This document shows, one piece after another, positions 10,300-19,880 of a stretch of DNA of 20,000 nt. The stretch's first letter is position 1. Each line of letters begins with the position of its first letter. The notes under the pieces were generated by a model that saw only the letters and a list, made by a program, of their open reading frames with translations, ran no database searches and had not been told where the DNA came from. Origin of the DNA: Vicugna vicugna (taxonomy: Eukaryota); NCBI GenBank assembly GCA_013265495.1, contig MU058781.1, positions 3,138,252 to 3,158,251 of the forward strand, given 5' to 3'. Both the position numbers and the translations under genes were made by a program.

Positions 10300-10357
10300 A
10301 GACCAACTGAAAACTGAGACCAACAGCTAACTGAGACCAACAACCAAACAGACCAAC
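10300..10357 (+). repeat. Short degenerate minisatellite, ~17-bp period, 4 copies
   Basis: AGACCAAC at 10300, 10317, 10334 and 10350; the middle two units share AACTGAGACCAACA. Confidence 0.85.
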
Positions 10358-10620
10358 AGTCAGCTGAGAAAAGTATGATACTCTAACACAGAACCTGAAA
10401 GCAATCTCTTATTCTCAGTAAGTAGCTCTGTGTATGAGGTAGACCAAATGCTGATTTTATTCACAGGATATTTGTGTTTATTTTTCCTATTAGCTATTTC
10501 TTGCCTATGGGCTACAGTTAGATGGGAATTTATTGCTTAGATAAAAATTGGGTCAAATGTTATCATAAGGAAAAGATCTATAAATTACACTCAGATCACT
10601 TAAAGCCAGATTAATATAGT

Positions 10621-10639
10621 TGCGTGCATGCACGCGCGT

Positions 10640-10674
<35 letters not shown>
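10621..10674 (+). repeat. Compound (TG/CG/CA) plus (CA)16 microsatellite
   Basis: TGCGTGCATGCACGCGCGTGCG followed by (CA)16 at 10643-10674. Confidence 0.97.
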
Positions 10675-10676
<2 letters not shown>

Positions 10677-10884
10677 TTGGCATTCTCCTAGGCTTGAGTA
10701 GTACTCCACTGGTGATGAAAAAAATCATGCTGAATCAACTAACAACGTGAGTTTGGGATTTGGGGGTTTTTATATCACGAAAGCCTAGGCTGTATCTTTC
10801 AGCCCTTAACCAGGATTAATGTATCTCAGGACTAGTTATGATTCTCCCACTCTTAAGATACGAGATTCAGTCGCCTTGCTTCAG

Positions 10885-10988
10885 CTACAGTCTGTAGGAA
10901 CAAAATAAGGGATTTGTAATCACAAGGTCTGGGTTTAAGTCCTGAATTCACCATTTATTCTCTGTAATCTTGGCCAGGTCATTTTAAT
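10885..10988 (+). mobile_element. MIR, 5' part
   Basis: GGTCTGGGTTTAAGTCCTGAATTCACCATTTATTCTCTGTAATCTTGGCCAGGTCATTTTAATC matches the first half of the MIR core. Confidence 0.75.
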
Positions 10989-11215
10989 CATTCAACAGAC
11001 AATAGTGAGTGCTTCTTCCATGTCAGCTACTATTCTAGCATTTAGGAGGCAAAGATGAAATGATATAGCCTGTTCTCAATAAATTTACAGTAGAGCTGAA
11101 CAGTAGATACAATTACCCTATAACATGAGCATTAAAATAACAGGTTATAGAAGTTGGCATGGGAAGCACACAGTGAGTTTGAGAAAAGACTGGGAGAGGC
11201 TTTTAAAGGGACCTA
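10989..11215 (-). mobile_element. L2 3' end fragment
   Basis: CATTCAACAGACAATAGTGAGTGCTTCTTCCATGTCAGCTACTATTCTAGCATTTAGGAGGCAAAGATGAAATGATATAGCCTGTTCTCAATAAATTTACAG resembles the antisense L2 terminus (CATTCAACAAATATTTATTGAGCACCTACTATGTGCCAGGCACTGTTCTAGG…). Confidence 0.75.
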
Positions 11216-11417
11216 ACGGGATGACAGTAATATTGATAAATTCTCTAACAATCTGCATGTCACTCTTATTATTAGAGGCTTAGAAATTCTCTTTGGTCAG
11301 GGTCCCAGTGCCCATCAGGCTGTTGGTACTCTGAGAAGGCTAAAGGATATAAATCATAAAACCAATTTGTTAATTTACAGATAAACATATAACTGCCCAG
11401 GGGATTGGATAATTACA

Positions 11418-11490
11418 CCTGACACCTTAATTTCTTATCTGTCAACATGACAATAATGATAATGAATATACATTCCCAGTGTGCCTCTTA
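11418..11490 (+). mobile_element. MIR, 3' continuation
   Basis: CCTTAATTTCTTATCTGTCAACATGACAATAATGATAAT resembles MIR CCTCAGTTTCCTCATCTGTAAAATGGGGATAATAATAGT. Confidence 0.6.
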
Positions 11491-11544
11491 AGTGTATGGC
11501 TAAGTTTTGAGATCAAAGTTTAGCTATCCAAATATCTCACATTC

Positions 11545-11775
11545 ACGGAATGTTTAAACCAGGTGCTGCGCTTTGTGCTTGATGTGTGTCCTTTTGTGCA
11601 GTGTCTTTTATGTAGTTCATCCTTTCCCTCTGTGTTAAGGTGGAGGTAATATTACGCCAGTTTTAAAAAGGAGGAAACCAAGTCTTAGAGAATTTAAATA
11701 ACTTACTCAAGACCACACAATGAACAAGCCTCACAGCCAACTTTTGAAAATGGTTTATTCTAAAACCTGTGGTGT
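11545..11775 (-). mobile_element. MIR SINE
   Basis: CCAGTTTTAAAAAGGAGGAAACCAAGTCTTAGAGAATTTAAATAACTTACTCAAGACCACAC matches the antisense MIR core (CCCATTTTACAGATGAGGAAACTGAGGCTCAGAGAGGTTAAGTAACTTGCCCAAGGTCACAC). Confidence 0.85.
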
Positions 11776-13719
11776 TGGACATGAAGTATACAATTTCCTA
11801 TAAAATAATAAAAATATATCTGCAAGAACCTATTAGCTGCAAACACCTTTGTAAGAGTGACTTAATAGGATGTGGCAAGAAACAAGGGAAAGTTTATGAA
11901 AGTAATTGCTGGTTTTAGACACTATTCTCACAAGTTACTAGCTATTCTTTTTTTTTTTAACCACTTACACATACTTTCTTGCCTATGGAAATATATAGCA
12001 CTTGGGATATAATCATAAAAAAACTGTCCCAAGCCTGCTTTATAACAGTGAATAGTATTTTCAGCCAATATATGTATTATATATAGTAAATCTATACTGT
12101 TTACATAGTAATTTAGAGCTTTTTTCCCTCCTGTTTTACACATGTCGATGAGGCTTTGCCATGGCTTTTATATTTCAAGTGTATTTCATGAATTCAGTAT
12201 TGTACCAGTAATGTTGTACTAACTGATTTCTAAATCTGACACAGTGGTAGGGTTTATGTAGGCAAAAGTCCAGAGGCAATGAGAGAAGATAGCAATCTAG
12301 AGATTTTTTTTTCCACAGCAGCGGCAAACACACTTCAGGAACCGTGTGTGCCAAGTTCATTCTCAGGGGGCAGGGCTATGAATTAGAGCATCACCCAAGT
12401 AGCCTGCTTGTCCCATGGATGCTGACTGAGCCCTCCTCTTGGTTATAGATGGTGCCTTATCAACCATTGCTTTGCACCCTTGCCCAGAACCAGTGTGTTC
12501 ACTATCATTAACTAACATGGACTCTCACACGTGAAGACAGCAGGTGGTAATTCCAGAGAGAGCTTTTTTAAAGTTTCTAGTAGTATTAGACACAGAGCTT
12601 TTAGAACTAGGGAACACCAACAGCACTAAGGTGCCACTGGATTTTCTATAAAAATTCTTACCCATGGGTTAAGGATGGTATCTTAAGAGTACCATTTTCC
12701 CAAGGTTATGATTTAAGGATTGTGTGACAATTACAAGATCAGTTGCTGGTGTATTACACAAACTATACTAATTTTGTTGGACAAGGAAGGCAGCATTGTA
12801 AAGTGAATGTGCAGTTTCAGATCACTCACAAAATGCCCTGCTCATGTGGTCCACAGGCAGAATGCCATTGCAGAGGGCCATGCCTCTCTTCCCAAAACAT
12901 CCCACACACTTTAGATATGCTGGTGACTGAAAACTATTTCTTCAATACATTAGAAATAAATTCCCAAAACATAAAACCTTTTTGATCATGGAAACATTTA
13001 AAAATAAAGCCAGTAGGCACACTCTGTCTCACATTGAACTTCTTGAGCCTCAGGGACCTGCCCATTGGGCAAATGTTATGGCTCACAGTTCTTGAGAGAA
13101 ACAACCCATGCAGTAGCTGAAAAATGGTCAGCCAACACTCCAGTTCAAGAGAGAAAAAACAGCGTTGTGATCTGCCGGTCTGGATCTCGTTTGGACTGCA
13201 CACAAGTCCTGTTAAACCAACATATACAAATAATGATAATTATGCCAACTCCCAGTCTTCTGAGACTAAAACAGCTGGTGTACGAAACTCAGGTTGAAAC
13301 AAGCATTTTAGCTACATGTTGTAATGTAATCTCTGTGGCAAAGAAAAGAAATAGAGAAATTGAGCAAACACTTCCCCTGGTGACCTCCCGTCACTGCACT
13401 GTTCTAAACAAATGATTTCTCTACTGTGAGAGGATTAAGCGTATTGAAAGAGAATAGGGGATCTGTGCTGTATGTAAAGGCCATCCAGTTGTCATCTTTG
13501 TTTTATTAGGTCAGTTATGAAAATGGAATCTACCCAAGTGTCCTTCTCAGTTGTTTTCTTTCCCTTGTCTTCAAACCCATAATTAACTGTCCTCTCCAAT
13601 GTACACATAGTAAGTGTGAGATCTCACATCACCTTTTCTGGCAAGCTGGAATTCAAAAACTAGCCCTATACCACAATAGATAATTTTTATTAAATCAATG
13701 TAAATTAACATTTGAAATA

Positions 13720-13830
13720 AACATATAATATGTACATATAAACACATTTGTAAATATATATGAATGTGTATGTATATAAATATACTTTACATAAACTTTG
13801 CACATATAAACACATAGTGCTTTACACACA
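13720..13830. repeat. AT-rich low-complexity, degenerate (TA/CA)n
   Basis: ACATATAATATGTACATATAAACACAT…ACATATAAACACAT. Confidence 0.7.
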
Positions 13831-13897
13831 TTCATGTCTGTACTAGTATGTGATAGATACTAATATGTAATTTAAACCCTGTGCAACTGAAATAACC

Positions 13898-14075
13898 TTG
13901 TTGCAGTGCACAGAACAATGACCTCTGCTTTGGAAGACATGGTTTCTAGCTTAGTGCTACCCCTTACTGGCTGTGTCCTTGAGCAAGTCATTTCAGCTCC
14001 CAGAACCCCAGTTTTTCACCATTATATGGGGACTCCCAATAATCCATGAAAGGTTTTGTGAACTCTAAAATTTAC
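13898..14075 (+). mobile_element. MIR/MIR3 SINE
   Basis: GGAAGACATGGTTTCTAG…CTTACTGGCTGTGTCCTTGAGCAAGTCATTTCAGCTCCCAGAACCCCAGTTTTTCACC matches the MIR core. Confidence 0.85.
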
Positions 14076-14121
14076 TAACCAACAATGCAGGTAGAAAAGC
14101 TATGAAGTTGGAATCTTTATG

Positions 14122-14615
14122 TGTTACTGAGCAAGGGCTTGTAGCCCGAAACACATAGAAGCCAATATTATTGTACAGGCCTTTGAGAAAAGAGAGTTTT
14201 ACTGTGAGATTGCCTGGCAAGGAGACAGGAGGCAGGGCTCAAATCTATCGCTCTGATCTGGGGGCAGTCAAATTCTTACGAGTTAGGGATAACAGGCTGG
14301 TGTGCAGAAGTGCTGGCAGGGCAGGTTTTTGAATAGGCTTTAAACTTGTCCATTAAGGTATGGGATGGTGGGTTTCAGCACTGGATCTTCCTGGACAGCG
14401 GACCCCTCATTTCTAAAAGGGTTCTTGTCATGTTCCAATTTTCTTGGTTCTGCAGGGATGAAATGTGGTTCTGAGTGTTACTGGAGGAGGACTTTCCTCC
14501 TCCGGGCATGCCCAGGTTACATGACTTGCAGTTTTGGCTATGCTCTGTCTGCAAGAGAACTAGACATCCTTTTATCCACAGAATAGGAGGAGTCTGAGCT
14601 GGTCCTGTGGTTACA
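14122..14615 (-). mobile_element. Full-length solo ERV1-type LTR (494 bp)
   Basis: Termini TGTTAC…GTTACA, with a perfect 4-bp TSD TATG at 14118-14121 and 14616-14619 (4-bp TSDs are typical of ERV1). AGAAGCCAATA…TTTGAGAAAAGAGAGTTTTACTG…GGCAAGGAGACAGGAGG…CTCAAATCT resembles antisense R/U5 of class I LTRs. Confidence 0.9.
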
Positions 14616-14682
14616 TATGTATCTTACTAACCCATCGACTATCAGTCACAAGCAAGGAAGATAGGGTATAGGTACATCAATT

Positions 14683-14870
14683 CAGCGTTCCTCACATTTT
14701 TGCTGAAGGCATGTAAGACACCTGAAGGGGTTGTGCAGACCCAGATTGCTGGGCACCAGCCCCAGAGTATCTGGTTCATTTGGTCCAGGGTGGGGCCTGA
14801 GAATTTGCCCCACATATTCCCAGGTGATACCAATGTTGCTGGTTCAAACTCCATGTAATTAAGAAAGAAA
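14683..14870. mobile_element. MER5A hAT-Charlie MITE
   Basis: CACCTGAAGGGGTTGT…CAGATTGCTGGGCACCAGCCCCAGAGTATCTGGTTCA…GGGTGGGGCCTGAGAATTTGC…TTCCCAGGTGATACCAATGTTGCTGGT follows the MER5A consensus. Confidence 0.9.
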
Positions 14871-15230
14871 TCACACCCCAACACTGAGTCTTAAATTCTA
14901 AGAAATAGTTCCTTAAGCTAATTGGTCTTTTTGAAAAGTTCAGATGAAAACTCATGAGATCAACATGAAACTCTCCACAGATTAGCACAGAGGACTGAGC
15001 TTCCATTGTGGGTTTCTTCAGTAGTTTAAAGGATTTCGGGTATGATTTGTACAGCCTAGCTTTTTATAATCCACTGCATTCTTTGTTCTTGATTCTCTGC
15101 TTTGTGTCATTGATTGAATGTTCTTCACCTCTGTCCACACAGCCAAGTTTAGTATGTTAGTACTGTGTTAATGCTAGTTAGAGCTAGCCAAGGGCAAGAA
15201 ACAGAGAGTAGAGAGAGACTAAGTAGAAAG

Positions 15231-15345
15231 TTGGGTCAACAGCACATCCCAGTTTGCCCAGGTACCATCCTAGTTTTTAAAACTGAAAGTTTCCCATCCC
15301 AGGAAACCCCTCAGCCTAGGCAAACCAGGACTGTCAGTCATTCTA
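15231..15345. mobile_element. MER81 hAT-Blackjack MITE, near full length
   Basis: GGGTCAACAGCACATCCCAGTTTGCCCAGG…TTTTAAAACTGAAAGT…TCCCAGGAAACCCCTCAG…GGCAAACCAGGAC…GTCATTCTA; imperfect terminal inverted repeats; flanks GTAGAAAG/GCAGAAGC could be a decayed 8-bp TSD. Confidence 0.88.
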
Positions 15346-16664
15346 GCAGAAGCTTGCCAATGACCTTGGGGGAGGGTGGAGAGAAGAGGGTAATGACTAC
15401 TGATCAGGGCATCATACTAACAGTATGCTTCAGACTGGTGAAATCCTTTGACAATGATGGTATCATGGGTGCAGAAAAATATCTTTCAGTACTGATGAAC
15501 TGATTTGACAAATACCAGCAAGCTCATGCCTGCTGCCTTCTGTGTAGATTCCAGGGTGAAGCTGTTGTTGAAACACTGTGCAGTTGCTTAATGGGTCCAT
15601 GAGTGTGGAGACCATCCCTTCTCCCCAAGTTCTTCTCGCCTTCAGTTCCCTGGTCTTTTCAGTCCCTCTAACGGGCACCTTTGCACACTATTCCCACAGG
15701 CAGTGCACTGGATTCTTGGTAGTCTAAAACTGTCATAAAGTGCCACTGTGAAAGCTTCCTCCTCTCCACTTACCAGTACTATTCAAATATTGTAGTTTGC
15801 AAAGCTATAAAATTAAAGGCTTTTAACTTCTCGATTCCCCGGACTGTCCCTCTTTCAGAGAGCTTGTTACATTGGTCCCCACAAATGTCTGTGGCCTTGC
15901 GGGAGTCGGGGGAGCAATTTTGGGCTTGGGAAATTTGATAATGTGTTTTCCTTCAGCTATAAAACGTTATGATTCTATTCCCCCAAGGAAGGCAAATGAC
16001 CCATGAATGAAGTTCAGCAGGAGAACTTGAACTTTTGACCCTCCATTCCATCCTTTAGTTTTCATCCTTTCTCTCCTCTACCCCCGAGTTAGTTACTCTC
16101 TTTCTGATGAAAGGAAGGAGATACAGGATTCTTTCCATTATGTTTTATGTCATCTGTGGATGGATGCTGTACCCAGCACATTTCAGTCTAAGCAGCAGTT
16201 CTGGGGAAGAAACATTATGATAAACACACCAAGAGTGTGTACTTCTGCTGTGTCTAAGTAATCCGAGCTGCGGGAGGGGCTTGTGATGGCAGACTTAAAG
16301 CTTTTCGCTTCCTCTCAACCAGAACAAATGGTGTATCAAGCCAGCAGATCTCATGCATTATAGGTCCTGAGCTTTTCCTGGGAAAGGAAAAAAGTGAGAA
16401 AAAAAGATTTTGGTTGCATTTGCAACTTCCACTCCTGGGCTATTTTAACCTCTTCCTCCCTCCCTCCACCCACATCCCTGGTAAAGGACTGCTTCCACGC
16501 AACTCTGATGAAATTCTCTCATCAGTCCCTTACTCCCCAAGAGAGAATGGAAAAATTTCAAGAATTCTCCCCCTGCAATACAGTACTGCTATTCTTTTTG
16601 TCAGAAAGAATTGGTGCCTGAGAGGCTTAGCCTGCTCAATCCTCTTTCCTCCCCCACACATGCC

Positions 16665-16666
<2 letters not shown>

Positions 16667-16695
<29 letters not shown>
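16667..16695 (+). repeat. Poly-T (T29)
   Basis: Direct read. Confidence 0.98.
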
Positions 16696-16697
<2 letters not shown>

Positions 16698-17119
16698 AGG
16701 TTGAGATGGGATGATTGAGAAGCACATTCAAAAGGTTTCATTTGTGTTTGCAAAGGTTAAGGAGCCCCCGCAGGGCACCTAACTTCCCTCTGCAAATAAA
16801 ATTTTATGCAAGTTGCCTTGTGGAGAAGAGGCTCCGTGCTTTGGCGGCAGAAAAGAGCTACCAACAATAGTTAGGAAGTGTGTTCTGCAGCCTCCTATGC
16901 TAGGGAGTCAAGGGGCCATAGATGCCAAACTAGGCTTTCTGTTTTTCACTGCTGTTGAGCTAAATTAAATCTTTCAAAGGAAGCATGTGTTCCCTCTTAG
17001 GTTACTAGGCTAGAGTCCCACTTTGCAGAATGCTGTTATTTCTCCTTTTCTCCTCTCCCTTCAATTGCCTGTTGTGTTTACTAAATCTGGAGCTTAGCTA
17101 ACCGTTAGAAACTGGTAGT

Positions 17120-17422
17120 GGAGAAAGAAAGAGAGGATAGGAGACATAGAGAAAAAGAATAGAGAGGGACATAGGAGGAATAGATAGATAGAGAGAAGAT
17201 AAACATAGAGATACAGAGAGGAGAAAAGAGAATAAAAGATATGTATTCAGTGTTATAGAAAGAAGACAAAGAAAAAGAGGCAGAGAGAGAGAGAAGATAA
17301 AGATACAGAGAGTGATAAAGAGAAAGAGAAACATGGAGATACAGAGAGAAGAGAAAGACATAGATAAATAGAAATAAGGAGGGAGAGAGAAAGAGAAAGA
17401 AAACAGGAGAGAGAGAGAGAGA
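17120..17422 (+). repeat. GA-rich low-complexity tract, degenerate (GA)n/(GATA)n, ~300 bp
   Basis: Strongly purine-biased plus strand with recurring AGAGATACAGAGAG, AGATAAA and GAGAAAAGAGAA subunits. Confidence 0.92.
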
Positions 17423-17550
17423 GCTGGACACAGATGTCCTCTATGCTGGGGATGATGGATGACCTCTATGGAGACAGCCCTTCGAGGTAGAGTAGACAGG
17501 GTATAAACCAGAAGAAGGTGCTGAACCTGATTATGTAGGTAACAGGCTGG

Positions 17551-17690
17551 AGAATCACAGAATCTAAGGAGAGGGTAATCTGGTTTAACCACCAGCTTTT
17601 ACAGATGAAATAAGAGGAGAATCTGGGAGAGATTTCATAGCTTGTCTGGGCTCACATAGTTAATTACTATCAGTACAATTTGCAAGACTG
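17551..17690 (-). mobile_element. MIR3-like SINE fragment
   Basis: AGAATCACAGAATCT…ATCTGGTTTAACC…TTTTACAGATGAAA…CTTGTCTGGGCTCACATAGTTAATT matches antisense MIR3. Confidence 0.75.
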
Positions 17691-17809
17691 CTAAGCTGCT
17701 TAGGACACTGGTGGAAAAAAAAATCAGACCCTCCAGTAGAGGGGGTTTTGCAACATGCTTGATCCAGGGCTCCCTGTGACCACCAGCCTGATCATTTGTA
17801 CTGGTCTTC

Positions 17810-18005
17810 AATTTGGAGGACAAGATCCAAATCCAGGTCATGTGACCTTTGATCATATCAAAAGGCTTTACATCATGTGTTTGCTGGGATCTTTGGTGCT
17901 GGCTGCTTCCAGGGGCCAAAGGAGAGCCAAACCTTGCTAGGCTCATTGTAAACTGGAAATAACAATACCTAACTGGTCAGGCTCTTCCAAGGATTAAATG
18001 AAAAG
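17810..18005 (+). mobile_element. MIR SINE, interrupted
   Basis: ATCCAAATCCAGG…TGTGACCTTTG, then after ~70 bp CTCATTGTAAACTGGAAATAACAATACCTAAC…AGGATTAAATGA. Confidence 0.7.
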
Positions 18006-18039
18006 TCATTTCGTGGACACTTGTTCAGCCGTTCCTGCT

Positions 18040-18280
18040 TAACCACACTCTCCTCCAAGTGCTTAGCATGCATTAATTCACTAATCCTCTTAGGAACAGT
18101 AATGATTCCAGCTCAGTCATTGTCCCCACTTCATAGATGAGGATACTGAGATACAAAGAGGGCAACTGACTGGCCCTAGGGGTTAATTAATTTTATGTTC
18201 ACAAGGTTACTAGAAAATGGAGGAGTTAGAACTTTAACCCCAGCAATGTGACTCAAGAGGTCCAGCCTATTCCAACACCT
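18040..18280 (-). mobile_element. MIR SINE, near full length
   Basis: AAGTGCTTAGCATGCATTAATTCACTAATCCTC…TGTCCCCACTTCATAGATGAGGATACTGAG…TTAGAACTTTAACCCCAGCAATGTGACTC matches antisense MIR. Confidence 0.85.
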
Positions 18281-19504
18281 GACACATAGCAGCTCTTCAC
18301 AAGTTCAAAATACAGGTTCACTGTCATTATCAATAGTAAGAGTTTTGGAGTCATAGTGACCTGGATTGCAAATGAAGAAAGATAGAGCTAAAGGTTGTTT
18401 TTTTTCCCCTTCTTTTTGTTTCTTGCTTGATTTAGCTAGATTATTGGAGGAGTTGGTCCACGATTCATGTGTGGATGAAGGTAGGGGAGAGTCTGAATGC
18501 CGAGCGCTCTTGTTTTCAGACTGACGCTGCCACACAGTCCATACCAATTAATGTTTCTATCTCAACTGACAAATTTGGTGGGAATAAGAAATTCATGAAC
18601 TGACCAAGTGCTTGAGAGGACCCCTTGAACACTTCCTTATCTCCATGAGCCCTTAGGGAATGATAACCATCTTTTTTCTTCTTGTTTTTCATGATACTAT
18701 CTGCACTTACACTCTAAAGATGTATTCTGTATGAAAAGACATTTCTGGAGATGGCAAACTCAATAGAGAAGTGAGGGAGAGGACACATGAAACACGGAGT
18801 GGGTGGTAGACAGTCTACGGTCTATCAAGACATGTGGGTCAAGACTTTCTCATCAGTTTTCACGAAAATGGCACCAGGGATAGATAACAGGCAGACTGAA
18901 TGGAAATATGACACGGAAGAGAGAGAAAGAAACACGGGAGGGAAAGGAGAAGAAAGCTGTCAAATTCTGTCTTAACACCCCCAAAATAGCAAAAGGCATA
19001 TGTCCTGGCCTTTCCCCTGAGAGTCATGCAGAGGGTTAGAAACAGTGTTTGAAAACTTAAGGACTGTTTAAGACTTGCCCAGGATCCGGCCCCAGGCAGG
19101 CATTCTCTTCATTTAGAACAATGAGAAATGAGTATCTTTGAGTAGTCCCTTCACCAAAAGCCAGGAACCTCAGTCCTATCCATAGACTATCTAGAACCTC
19201 TTATGGGAGGGAGTAGCCACACGCTTGGCCGCTGCTAACTCCCAGATCTTGGGTAACTTTTACTGATTAATTCATTTTATAATCAATAGCAAGTGTCCAG
19301 CATATTTTCCTCTTCTTTCAAGCCCCTTTCCACTGCCACCTACACCTTCCTTCAAATCTGCAATCATGTGCTTCGGATATAATAACTCTGAGCCAGGAAA
19401 GAGACTCACAAAGCAGTGATATATTCCCAGCCTGGAGCTAACAGTGCTTCTGCAGGGCATACAAAATGAGAAGCAAATTTACTGTGACATTCAGGTCTTC
19501 TATC

Positions 19505-19880
19505 ATATATTTCCACCTAATAAATAGCCCAACTCTGTTTCCCACCCCTTCACCATCTACCTAGCAGTCCAGTCCAATCTCGTATTTCCTGGACTTCTAC
19601 CTCATAGTCTAGTCCTGTCTCTCATCCCCTGCATCCTCTACCTAATAGTCCAGCCCCATCTCAACCCCTTGCACCACTCCCTGATTGGCCAGCACTGTTT
19701 CCCATCCTTTGCACTTCTACGTGATGATCCAGCACTATCCCCAACCCCCTGCACCTCTACCTCATAGTCCAGCCCATCTCCCTCTCCTGTATCTCTATCT
19801 TCTTGTTTAGTCCTACCTCTCACTCTTGTAACACAGGGATGGTCCTACTGCAGTTCCATCTGATGGTCCAGCCATTCACT
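19505..19880 (+). repeat. Degenerate ~40-bp tandem repeat (minisatellite), about 8-9 copies
   Basis: Core TCTAC or a variant at 19556, 19596, 19637, 19676, 19716, 19756 and 19794, with outliers near 19512 and 19855. Approximate unit CCCCTGCACCTCTACCTCATAGTCCAGCCCYATCTCCMA. Confidence 0.88.

Noticed and set aside
13065..13415. 116-aa ORF overlapping an opposite-strand ORF
   Set aside because: Non-ATG start, no recognisable homology, no convincing splice signals.
15165..15503. 112-aa ORF
   Set aside because: Spans the non-coding MER81 MITE; chance ORF.
17098..17592. Longest ORFs (164 aa and 108 aa, minus strand), hydrophobic and S/L/F-rich
   Set aside because: They are translations of the CT-rich strand of the GA low-complexity tract, not membrane proteins.
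19505..19880. CRISPR-like or coding-repeat interpretation of the 40-bp array
   Set aside because: Mammalian context, no identical repeats with unique spacers, no cas genes, and the period is not a multiple of three.
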